Assembly: GCA_010015585.1 (NCBI GenBank)
Contig: ML975163.1
Reading direction: 5' to 3' (one strand)
DNA from: Eremomyces bilateralis CBS 781.70
Taxonomy: Eukaryota
Length of the DNA: 64,000 nucleotides
Made by a program: the position numbers and the translations under genes. The stretch's first letter is position 1. Every line of letters starts with the position of its first letter. The notes beneath the pieces are model-generated. The model ran no database searches and had not been told where the DNA came from. It was given only the letters and a program-made list of their open reading frames with translations. This document shows positions 23,211 to 36,400 of the stretch, one piece after another.

Positions 23211-25285
23211 TTATTGCATAGGGGGAAGAGGAGGATGCATGGCTGGGGCGGTGGCGTAGTGCTCCCATTGGAATGGATTGCCCTTCCCGATGACGCCAGG
23301 CGGCACATGTGTATTCTGCAAAACACGTTAGCAACGATCCTCAAGATACGAATATCCCGAAAGAAACCCACCTCCTCGATGACGCTACCCGGCTTCACGA
23401 TCACCCCCCTGCCAATCTTCACCCCACCCCCGATAATCGATCCCGCGCCGATCACCACATTCTCCGCAATATCGATCGCCTTCCCCACCACGTGCCCCTT
23501 CTTCCCCTTCGGTTCTACGGGGTTCATCAGCACCCGCGGATCCTCGATGCCCACGTCGCCGCACAGCGTAACGTTCGCGCCCACTCGCGTGCCCGCGCCC
23601 ACCTTCACGCTGCATGGGTCTAGGATCGTGCAGTGCGGGCCGATCACCACGTCGTCGCCGATTTGGATATTGTACCCGTACAGGCAGGAAAACGGCGCCT
23701 CGACCACCACTTCGTGGCCCAGGCGCGCGAAGAAGCCGCCGCTGAAGCGCGACTCTTGGTAGCCGAGGACGCGCTTGAGGAGGCGCTCTTTCTCGGTGTC
23801 GGAGATCTCGCTGATGGGCGAGGCGGCAGCGTTGTAGCGCATGAGGGCGAGATGGCAGTTGGCGCGGTCCGCTTTGAGGATGTCGGAGTAGGGGAGGTAG
23901 GGGTCGCCGTTCGTCATGCGCGACTTTTGCATGGCGGGATCTAGCTCCATGGGAGGGTGATGGTGGGTATGCGTGGGAGGGAGTGGTGGGGCAGGGGAGT
24001 AGTAGGAAGGCGTTCTTGGGTGGGGGGTGTTGAACGGCGGTGTGGTATTGTGCGCAAGCGCGCGTTGTGCGGTGTTGGAAAGGCTGGGTTTCGTCAGGAT
24101 GGTCTTGGATGGTCATCTCTTCAGGTTGACTTACTTGGTGCTGATGCTACTCGGCTGGTGATAGCTTGAGTTCGACCGTTCGGTAGTCGGTCGTGACGGC
24201 ATCTGGTGGGAGTATTCGGAGGGACGCTCAGGGTATGCACCACTGCTGGTATTCCCATGGTCATACGGCGGAGGTGCCCACGACGGCGGCGGAGGCGGGG
24301 CTTTTCGCTCATCATCGACGCCGATAGGTCGCGCTTGCGTCCCATGACTGTCGGGGAACGAGTGGGCCGGTGGACGGGGCACCAAGGGGGAATGCTGCGT
24401 CGTCTGTTTCTCCTCGACCTTGCTCTGCAGCGGCGCTTTCGTCAACGGCTGGGTTCGCATTGTCGCGGTGGGCTTGGATGCATATCCTTCGCAGGTGAAC
24501 CCGCCGCGGAGACAGTTCGCGCACTCGGGTTTCTGCTCGTCACATTTCTTCTTGCGCTTGCGACAAGTGTGGCAGCCGGTTTTAGTGCGGTTGGCGAACA
24601 TGCGTTTGCGATTCTTGGTTCGGTCGACTTGGACGCCGGCCGAAGTCAACTCGATGTGTGCCGGGAGATTCGACATGATACTGTCGTTAGGTGAGGACAA
24701 TCCTGGGTTCGAACCATGCTGAGGCAGAGGGGTGCCATTTGAGATGGATTGAGATCCACTATCCTCGCGATAGTGGTGATGATTGTTCTGGTGCTCGGAA
24801 TACACAGGCGGGTATCGGGGAGGCTCCGGCGCATACGACTGCTCGGGTCTCACGGGTCGTCGGGAGTGGTCTTGGTCTGGGGAAGGGTTCATGGCGACCC
24901 GTTTCGCCACGTCTGCATCGGCCTCGCTAATGCCGTTCACCGATCCGTCGGATCGCTTTCGCTTGGTCTGATCATGTCGCATATCATCTGGAGCACCGTG
25001 ACTGTGACTGTGTCCGTTCTGGTAGGTGCCATTCGCAGTCCCACGATCCCATCCATTATGCTGAGACGTTGTTTCGGGTCGAGGGGCATCTGGCCTTTCT
25101 GCATGCCGCGAACTCGAGTCCGCCATGCTGTGCATGCGGTGCACCTCGGGCGGCGTCTGCGAGTTTCTCCCGTTGACGGCAGTGAAGCCCGATACCGATG
25201 TCTCGATGCTGCGTTCCGGGGATGGACTGTTGGAGCTGCCACTTCCAATGTGATGGCTGAGAGTTGAAGATGGTGAAGTGGACAT
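23211..25285 (-). CDS. Zn2Cys6 transcription factor fused to a maltose/galactoside O-acetyltransferase-like (hexapeptide repeat) domain; introns 24134-24084 and 23371-23316
   Basis: NRTKTGCHTCRKRKKKCDEQKPECANCLRGGFTCEGY. Splicing GTAAGT..CAG joins in frame to KSRMTNGDPY...VVVEAPFSCLYGYNIQIGDDVVIGPHCTILD...IAENVVIGAGSIIGGGVKIGRG. Last exon NTHVPPGVIGKGNPF...MQ*. Confidence 0.88.
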
Positions 25286-26710
25286 CGCTTGTAGAGGGTC
25301 GGGATTGGTCGATGAGCGGTCCAGAAGGCGACGCGCTGCACGGATCAGTTTTCGAGGAACAGGTCAAAGGAGACTCGACCCTCCGAAAAGAGGCTGCGAG
25401 GTCAGAATGGAGGCGCTTAAGGGTTTGGGGGTGGTCCAGAACGACAACGGGATTGCTTCTGGTCGCCGACAAGATGTTCTGTAAGCGCGTGCGGATCCAC
25501 AGACTCGATTCGCGACGCGTGCCGAAGCGATTCGGGAACAATCTACACGAGATGCGATCGCGTGTCGATAAAATCGAATTCCACGCCGTTCTGTCGGACG
25601 TCACAGCGAGGCGCCCTAGGCGACCCGTTGTACAGTTCTGGAGCGGGCCGAATCGTCGAGCTCGTTCCTGGAGGACTTGCAGGGCAGAGGATGCGAAAAC
25701 GACAGACGCAGTGGGGATACGTAAGGCTAGAATCGCGCCAAAGATTGGATGTTGGATGAATCGAAATTGGAAGGATGTGATGGATCAAATGGATCCTGGG
25801 TTTATAGTAAATACGCGCAAGGTGGGCGGTGCTGGTTCTGAGGGGACGGGCGCGGCTGCTGCGGATGCGCAAACGGCTGGGTTGATCGAAATAGACGATG
25901 CGCGGGCCGAGACAGAATTGGGCGATAGGCCGGTGCACGAGCAGCGCAACGGGATTGGAGAAGCGTGGTGCTTTTTCCTGCGTGGGTGAAGGTCCAGCTG
26001 TTGATGTGAGCTGTTCCCCGCCGATGAGCAAAAGGAACGACGAATTCCTGGACCCAAGGCCCAAATAATTGCTCGAGCCGGGTGGTTGGTGTGATGCGCG
26101 GGACGGAGGGTCAAGTATAGAGGTTGGAGAGGGTCCAACGCAACCACGATTCCAAGTTTATATGGCGGAACAACCGCACTAGTCTAGCAGATGCAAAAGC
26201 GATCGGAGAGGGTATGGAAATAGCGGAACGATCGGAGCCGTTGGGTAGATACTGGGGGAGATGAGCAATCCCGATGAAGGAGGGAGAAAATACGGTGACA
26301 ATAGGGATGGGATGGGGGGAGGGGGAGGAGAGGGATTGAAGTAGTCCCAAGCTGCCTGGCGCGGGAGAACTGGTCTTTTGCGACTAACGCACCGCTGCCC
26401 TACGGCCTACAGGAGGGTCGGGTGAAGACTGACGACTGACGAGAGGTGGTGGACGGGGAGAAGAGAGCCAAAGGGGAACGATATGAAGCGGAACTACTGG
26501 ATCGCTAGCGGCAGCACCGTGCTATCATTGGCCCGAGGAGCGTTACAGCGAATTGGATGGGAGGAAACAGGACGGTATGAAACGGATGAAGGTCGACTTC
26601 GGGCTTCAGTACTTCAAGGGATTTGTTATGAACACCCTGGCTGGCATCATCCTATGGACAGATCCAAGAGTTTGCTGTTCTTTACTCTATCTCCCCTGTT
26701 GGTCCTGCTC

Positions 26711-26755
26711 GGTGATATGGGTGATATGGGTGATATGGGTGATATGGGTGATATG
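26711..26755. repeat. Perfect 9-bp tandem repeat (GGTGATATG)5
   Basis: Five exact copies in the intergenic region upstream of the Zn2Cys6 gene. Confidence 0.95.
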
Positions 26756-29700
26756 GGGGGAACTGGACCGTTGAAGCCTGAAGAGCGGAGTCGAGTATCA
26801 AAAGGGAAGATGGAGGGTGGATCGCTACGATGGTTGGAGTAGAATGCGGATAGTGATGGACCCAAATCCTGTTCCTCGTCAATACTCAATAATATTAATA
26901 GTTCGAATGGCTCATGCTCTTTCTCGCCTCTCCAGGTTCCAGTCTTCAGCGATGGTGCTCTGCACGGCGGCTTTTCTGCTAGGCCCTCAATTGGCTGCAG
27001 TGTCGAGGGCGCTTAATAGCGGGCTGTGCGGAATGGCGTTACCTCTCGGTCATCCCTCGAAGGAGCAGGGAGCGTGGAAGATCCAACACACCACGGGGGA
27101 GGGAGCGCCCGCCAGACGTGGCCGACGGCAATGGAAAATTTGGGGGTGCTGCGGAGCCAAACGCTAGGCGCGGTTGGCTTGGGTGGCTGGGGATTATGGA
27201 CTGCGTCCCAATCCTCCCAACCCAGTCGTTGAACGTTCACCACCTTTGGTCATGCAGCCAGGTGTTGGCTACTACAATTGCTTGAACGGTTTCTACATTA
27301 ATATTATTGCATTTGTTGCTGAATTGGAAGGGGTTCGGACTTTGGAGGTGTTGTGGCTGACTCTGCTCACTGCTGCATGTGCGGAACAACCAACAGGTGC
27401 TCCAGTCGGCAATCCCACGGGACGGGCCACGAGCACCGTCGTCCGTTCTGGTGCTTACCCCTCACCATCCCCTGTCGAAAAACCTCCAGTGCCCACATCC
27501 ACGCCCTGATTGATAGATGGATATCAACATTTCGATGTTGCTTGTTACAATCCTGCATGGGCGCTCATCTCATCTGACCCATTGCATAATGCATTTGATT
27601 AAGTTATTAAGCGGCTCGACAAGCGACTGCAACTGGACTGATCGGATGTATCAAGCCTCAAGGATTCAAGGGGCAGGAACCCTGATCGTCTATTCACGGC
27701 CGTTTGCTAGGCGTCCTACCGATCGCGCTGCTGATTGGCTCGCATGGCGGCGTGATTGCCCTGCTCGGCACAAAACATGCAAGCGCCAGGGAGCAGTCCC
27801 ACATTTTGCCTGCTGCTCGCGTCGCTCATTCGCGGGAGGCCAGGCATTGGCGTCCCGGCCGCTCGGGCGGCTATTTTCAAGGAGTCGCAAAGGTGGCCTC
27901 CTGCACCGGCTGCTGCATGTGCAATCCCAAGCCTCCAATTCATTTGATCCTTTCAGTTCATTGATATTTGATGGTGAGAAAAAAGCAACCAAGCGCCAAA
28001 TTTAACGCACTCCATGTCGATCCCCACTTTTTGGGGGCGGGTTGCTCCTGCCCTCCACCCGCCGCCCGCTGTAGCCGCCTCACACGCCTCCTTCCTCCTC
28101 AAATCCCCCATTTTCTGTGCCGCAATCTGCTTTTTCGCATCCGCCAGCTTTCCCCTTCGAGATACCGATTTAATTCCAATCGCATCCTGCATATAAGAGT
28201 AATTTGAAACTACTTGGATGTTGTTTCGTATAGCGCTAACGTATGTGGAGGTTGGCGAGCGCTCTCCTTCTGGCGCTTGTATCACCAGTTCACATGTCGA
28301 TCAGTGATCTTTCAAGAGTCTTGAACTGCACTCGAGTTTTAAAGCGCTAGATGGCATGTACATGGCCTTGGATTGCGGTAGATCATTATAATATCTGTCT
28401 GCTGGTCTGGTTTGCTTTAAACGTACAAAGGCACTGATATCTAGGTAAGTATGCTTGTTTTATTGCTATCTCCAACTGTCGTTCTGGCTCTCAGCCTACG
28501 TTGTTCATATCTACGAACCAATCGAGGATATTAGCCAAGTCCGAACCACTGAACCCGCGGGCGGTCTGTCGTAAAGTTTCTTCATGTTGTATTCCTGCGC
28601 GCTTCAAGCCTTCAGGTCAAAATCATCAAAGTCGGACTAGAGTATTATTCACCAACCTACCATTCCTACGTTGGAACAATCCGAATCTCTCCTCGGATGT
28701 GATTCATATTACTACGCCAGGCGCTCATCACCCTCCCAGGTGTGCCTGGAATGCTGAACATGGCACTGAGATGCTGTTCTCAAAAGATTACGTTCACCAA
28801 TCGGAGCAGAGCCAAGTTCACGCACATTCGACACTCTTCATCAAGTATATCCAACTTCGCCCACACACTTGATGAGAAGCGTAAAGTCTCCGAGTTCACC
28901 CATAAGCGCTCGGCGTCACTCAAAAATGATACCAACCTCACCCTAAGACTTTCAAATTCCTAGAGACGGAGATAGCTTCACTACACCGACTGAAGTTCAC
29001 CAATGAACTACCCAACTTCGCCCTTATACTAGTCAACTTCAGTCAACTTCATCCAAAATCAGCACTCAAGGTCGCTTCACTCCAGACATTCTATGCTGAC
29101 ATCAAGAAGGTAAGTATTTAAAATGCAGCATGGAGCGTGTAAATACCCCAAACTTGGTGAGCTTTAGTCGAACTCCTTTTCATCAACACCGTTAGATCTA
29201 CCTAGACTATGCACTCCAACGATAGCCTAGCCAACTCTTGTGGTGGTCTTGTTGAAGCAGCCTACTATCCAGTTAGCAACTCTCAGGCCTGCTATTCTGT
29301 GTCAACCCTTCTATCACACCAACTGTTTGCGGACCTAGGGAGTTGAGGCACAATGCCCCAGCTCTGACCAGCGCTTCTTTGCGAGCATGCATTTCTCACG
29401 CGAGAACAAAGTCGAAAGCGAAAGAGGCCATGTCCGTGATATCCGGTCTGTTCCCAACCAGTAGTTAACATCCACCTCCAAGACCGAACAAATGAAAGAC
29501 GAAACTGCACACCGCATGCGGAGGTTAAGAATCTCGAACTATTGGGTGGCGTCTATCATCCCACGATCCTTAATCCGTCCGTCACTTCTCAAGGAATGGA
29601 AACCCAGCGACACCTCATGATCGTCCTTCAATCCCCCTGCACCGTGCACGATGATTCGCCTCCTCCATACATATAATTATCAGCCCCTCCCAACATCAAC

Positions 29701-31284
29701 TCCTGCTATGCGAGCGCCTCAAACATGCACACGGTAGCCGCACCATGCAAACGTCCCAGCGCATGCGCCGGACGTGTGTCACAATCGGGCGTTTGACGAC
29801 CTCGCCTCGTCGGGCCTGGGGTTGGCCAATCCGGGCGGGCTGCGTATAAGATGGAGTTCGAACCCAACAAACGACGTCAACGGTCAATTGTTCAGTTCGG
29901 GGTCACGTTAGCACAGCCTCCGCCATGGCGCTTATGGTGCACTGGGTCGGTGGATGGGCTGCATTGTTGGTTCCTGCGGCTATCAGTCGCAACAGTTGGG
30001 TTGGAATCGCGGTCTTCTGCATCAGGCTGCCTGTGGTTGCTACATAGTAGATGTTGCGTTGAGCATTTGCTATTCAGGGACCATTCCAGCTGTGACTTGA
30101 GGTGCTCTTCATCGGGTGCGACCTGCGATGCGCCCGATGATTTCAGCTGAACCACAAAAGCACAGTGGGCTAGTGCTGCATGTCACAAAGAGGAGGGACA
30201 GCGACCAATCAGTTCGGCTGGCCTCTCGATTAGGTTGGGTTGTCATGCTGCTTAGAGACCGCAAGTTTGGCGTGATTCAATGTGGAAACATTACAGGACA
30301 GGACCATCAACAGACCAGTAGCTAGGCGTTCTGTAAAATAAAACAATAGACTCTAAAAATGAACATTGTGCATAGTCTCGGGACTTCCAGGTGACTTAGC
30401 GATAGAAATAGCCTTGGTACCCCATGGGGTCCTCCGGAATACATCACCACCGAAAAGTCCGGGGAAGTGGGCAGATCTTTTGCTGCGTTTTGACACCGTC
30501 GATGAACGCTGGTGCTCAGAAAATGAACCTCGGAGAGGCACGAGTCTATTCGGCTTCGATTTCGCTCCGAACGGCTCGGCTATTGTCCTAAATATGACTT
30601 CACCTTCATCGGATCAAGGGGTTGCCGACTCCGGACAGGATTTAGATGGGTCAGTTTGTTGTTAGAAGGCCACAAGAAATGGTCAAATTATTTTCAATAG
30701 TCGACGGCGATCCCAGCTCATAGCCCATGAAAAGGCAATTTTAATAACTCTGCTCGGAGTGTTTGCACTATTTGAGTTCATCGATACGGAATACCAAAAT
30801 CAGACATCCAATGAAGAGGTTCAGGGCCAGGGCCGAAATTTTTGCAATCCACGAGTTCTGATTGGTGGACCCCACAAGCCTCGGAGTGTCGGAGTGGCTT
30901 CGGAGGCAGCCGTCAATCACGAGTTTGCCATAAATTTAATCCCACAGAGACGTTCCGAAGGCCAGAAGAATACAGAAACATACGCCAACTACCCCAGAAC
31001 CGATTTCCTACTCCTATGAATGTCAATTCCACCCGACATTGACCGCACTCTCAAGCATTCTCAAGGAATCGTGTCTGTTGTTGTCAATTGACGTCCTAGT
31101 CCTCGGAACAAGCAACGGGTAAGGCGGACACTTGCCACCCACCAACCCGACTTGGACATCTAGAATCTGACTAAGGAAAAGCATCCGGCCTCCATTGAGT
31201 TGCTGAACACGATTTACCTATTAATCCATCTTCCTATCCGACTCTTGTCTCCTATTTTTCCATCATCCCTAAGAAACCAGTACC

Positions 31285-32451
<1,167 letters not shown>

Positions 32452-33474
32452 GGGACGGGATGAGACGATTCCGTTCTCATAGCGGTACTGTCAAATAATG
32501 TTGACGCGATGGTGATTGCGAATGGGCATCGGATACCTGTGCATGGCGTTTGGTTGGAGGGGACTCTACCCCCTACAAAATTTATGATGAATGGGTTTGA
32601 TTTATGTGGTATGACAGCATGAGTTATCCGGGGTCACGTTTGCAATGATGATCATCACTCTGTCGGACCATTGTGGATATGGAATGACGATTTGTCACTC
32701 TTCCAGGCCATGCTGTGGATACGAAATTGCGGTTTCGAATGGGCAGTCATTGGTGTTGAAATGATGGCGGTAGGTCCTGTTACGGACGTAACGTTGAGCG
32801 ATAACTGGCTTGCTTGTCTCTTTTCGTTCCGGTCAAGTTGGAACTAAAGAAGTCTTTCCTCATACCGATTCTCACCGCCCATCGCGTCCCATACAAATGG
32901 GGCCTTCTCCTTTCTCCCCACCTCTCACTCTTCAAATTTCTAGTCAACTTCCACTCTTCCAGGCATCAATCCCAAAAGGATCACTATTATTATCACGACT
33001 GGGCTGATCGTGATTGCTTTTCCATTTTAACATTGGAACCGGCATCTTGAACAAGGCATCAATCGTATCATTGTGATTGTCGAATTCCGTTTCATCTTGC
33101 TTCATATTGTGGTGATTGGGCTGCTGCCTGTGGTCGATCGCCACCACCAGGCCACCGCCTCGTATCTCCGTTTCAAGTCACGGGTTTTCGCGACAACGAC
33201 GCATTTCGGCTTTCGCGTTCTCAACTACTTAAACGCGTCGTCAGATCTCGTTCATGATTGTGCAATTTGCATTTGGTTGATTGCTTGGAATTGAATTGAA
33301 TGCTTAATTGAACATTGTTGTGTGCTGCTCATCACAATTGACGAACCATTCTCCAATTGAGGTTACTACCAGCTACCATCCCACTGAATTCACAGAACCC
33401 CTGTCTTATTGTCCCAACTGCGTTATTATCAGATCAGATATATCTCTCCCATCAATCCCCTCCCTTTCGTTACA

Positions 33475-36400
33475 ATGGATGCCAGCGCTGTTGTCGTCCC
33501 TTCAGCGGAACTCCCAAGCGTGCCTACTAAGCACAATGAATTCGTTTCCTACATTGCGTCTCACCCCGATGTGACCATTCCGGACCTCACCCATCCGTAT
33601 AGGACCTTCGACTCCCGTTTGCGTGAGGTCTACGCCCAAGTCCCCGACCACGAAGTCCTCAAGGACCCCCTCCTTAATGTCGTCCCCGTTTTTGCCGGCC
33701 ACGAATCGGACATCAAGACCCGTGCTCGCGACCTGGCGAATGAAACGACGGAAGAGAAGGAGAGGTACATCATGTCTCTGAACGACGAAGATCGACGCCC
33801 CACCGGCTCTCCCGCGGTGGTGGGAAGCTTCAAGGAGTTTCAGAACAACTTCAATGTCTTCTCCGAGGGTTCCCTCGTTGATATGGACTGGGACAATGTC
33901 GTCGTTGCCGGTTCCGCCGCGGTGACCCCCTTGATGCCTGTCCCGGAGAAGCATCGAGGCTCGAAGCGGGCCCTTCGCAGCTACTATCACGAGATCCTTG
34001 CCCCTGCGTCTGATGTAGACCTCTTCCTTTATGACCTCACGGAAGAAGCAGCCGTGGAGAAGATCAAGCAGATCGAGACTAAAATTCGGGACTCAATCCT
34101 CCAGGAGACAACCACGGTTCGTACTAAGAATGCCATCACCATCGCGAGTCAGTATCCCACTCGCCACGTTCAGATCGTGTTGCGCATCTACAAGTCCATT
34201 TCGGAGATTCTCACCGGGTTTGACGTCGATTGTTCTTGCGCGGCGTATGATGGCAAGCAAGTCTACGCGTCTCCTCGTGCATTAGCCGCATACATGACGC
34301 AGATCAACCCGATCGATCTGAGCCGACGCTCCCCTTCGTACGAGAACCGCCTTTCCAAATACTCGCGGCGTGGCTTCGAGGTGTACTGGCCCATCCTGGA
34401 CCGGTCGCGGGTGGATCCGACCATCTTCGAACGTAACTTCCCTCGGACCTTCGGCCTTGCACGGCTCCTTGTCCTGGAGAAGCTCCCGAAGAGCTCGGAT
34501 CGTGATGATTACCTCGATCAGCGTCGCCAGGAGCGGGGCCGTCCGGCCATCAACCGGTGGATTCGCCAAGCGCGTCAGTTGAGGGGGAATATCAAAGATA
34601 ACTTCGAGGATGAAGTTGCGGAGTGGGTTGATCAAGGCGAGGTTTCGAACTACCACACTTTCGTAAGTGGATTCTTCGAGAAAGACACAAGTAAATCGAG
34701 CTAATTAATTCTAGACGGTACCTTACGGCGAGAAGTTTCATGCAAGGAAGATTGATAAGCTTCTGTACACCAAGGACTTGCTTCTTAATGCCGAATGGAA
34801 TCAGACGAAGGAACGCGACACCAATCTCCATCGCCACCCAGCCTTCTTTGGCAATGTGGAAGATGTGATCGAGGATTGCTGTGGCTATTGCCCGAAGCCA
34901 GTGACCCCTGAAGATGAGGAGCTTGCCGAGGAGGAAGACAAGATCTACGTCAGCGGCAAGATCTCCTTCATCAAAGATGATCCCGGCCGTCAGCAGATCG
35001 GTAGCTTCAACCCTCTGACTGAAGATGACTGGACTGAGATGGCATACGTCGGCAACACCGCCCGTCTCTGCCAAGCCATCGTCGATCGGGACGTCGAGCA
35101 CGTCCAGGATTGGCTCTCTCAAGAGGGTGCAGATCCCAACCGTCGTGACTACACTGGCCGTACGCCGCTCCATCTGGCAACCATGTGCTCCTCCCCCGAA
35201 GTGGTCAAGTGTCTCGTGGAGCACGGAGCCAAGCTTATTGCTCGTATTGCGGATGGACGGACTGCGTTGCACATCGCGGCCTCTCGGGGAGAGGTGGAGA
35301 TGGTCAAAATCCTCATGGATAAGAGCGAGGCGAATGAAGAGGTGGAGATGGAGATGGAGGACGCGAAGCGGAAGGCTCGAAAAACAGACGGCGCATCGGA
35401 TACGGAAGACGAGTCGATGGCTGGCGTAGAGAATGAAAACGAAGAGGAAAATGAAGGCGAAGAAGATGATGAGGACTATAGTGAGATTGACGAGGATGAG
35501 GAGGATGAAGACAGCCATTCCATGGCTACAGGGTCCTTTGTCAAGGTCTCTCGAGAGAAGCAGGCGCAAGAGCAGACAGAGGTCCCGGAAGATGAGGAAC
35601 ACGAACCGGACTTCTACGACGTCAACGTGCTCGCATGGGATGCTAAATGCTCACCTTTGCACCTAGCAATCATCAATGGCCATACCAACGTGGTGAAAGA
35701 GATGGTCCAGAACTACGGGGCCGATGTCCTGCTTCCCATCAAGCTCATCGACGAGTACACACAGAATGCCAGGGGCGCTATCTTGACGCTCGTCCTGGGA
35801 CTGGCACTACCCAAGGATAAAGCAGTTGAGATGACCGAGCTTCTCTTGGATCTCGGGGCTTCCCCTGCCCAGGCGGATGTCAACCAACAGACCGCGCTTT
35901 ATTATATTGTCGCCCACGGAGCCCATCTCCTAGATACGGTCATCTCCAAAGACGAACCAGGCTTCAAACGCGCGGTTAACCATGTGTCGTTCGCGAACGA
36001 CCAGTGGAACCCTCGCACTATGAGTCTCCTGGCTGCCGCTATCGATAACCACGATATCATCGCTGTCATGAAGCTTCTGGAAAACGGGGCGACGCCTGAG
36101 GTCGATTTCGCCTCGTGGTCCAAGAGCGTCAAGATCTTTGTTGACCAGCGTACCTCCAGAAATTCCCACAACAGGTTCGACAAAGCGTACTTCGAGCAGA
36201 ACACGGAGCAGCCACTGGTGATCGCGATTGAATCCGAGCAACCGGACGTGGCCATTGAACTGGTCAAGGCTGGCGCGGATCCAAACACACTCACTCAGAA
36301 CGGTGCTCGGGTGAAGCAACCGAATTCTCATGCACGTACGTGGACACGAGGTGATACGGTGCTGGATCTCGCCCAAACAAAGCTGAAAGCACTCCGTGAC

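Noticed and set aside
25056..26147. Overlapping 170-240 aa ORFs upstream of the Zn2Cys6 gene
   Set aside because: No protein-like motifs; consistent with leader or promoter sequence.
28870..28993. TGATGA...CTGA spacing resembling a box C/D snoRNA
   Set aside because: No identifiable rRNA guide and a weak terminal stem; such motifs arise by chance.
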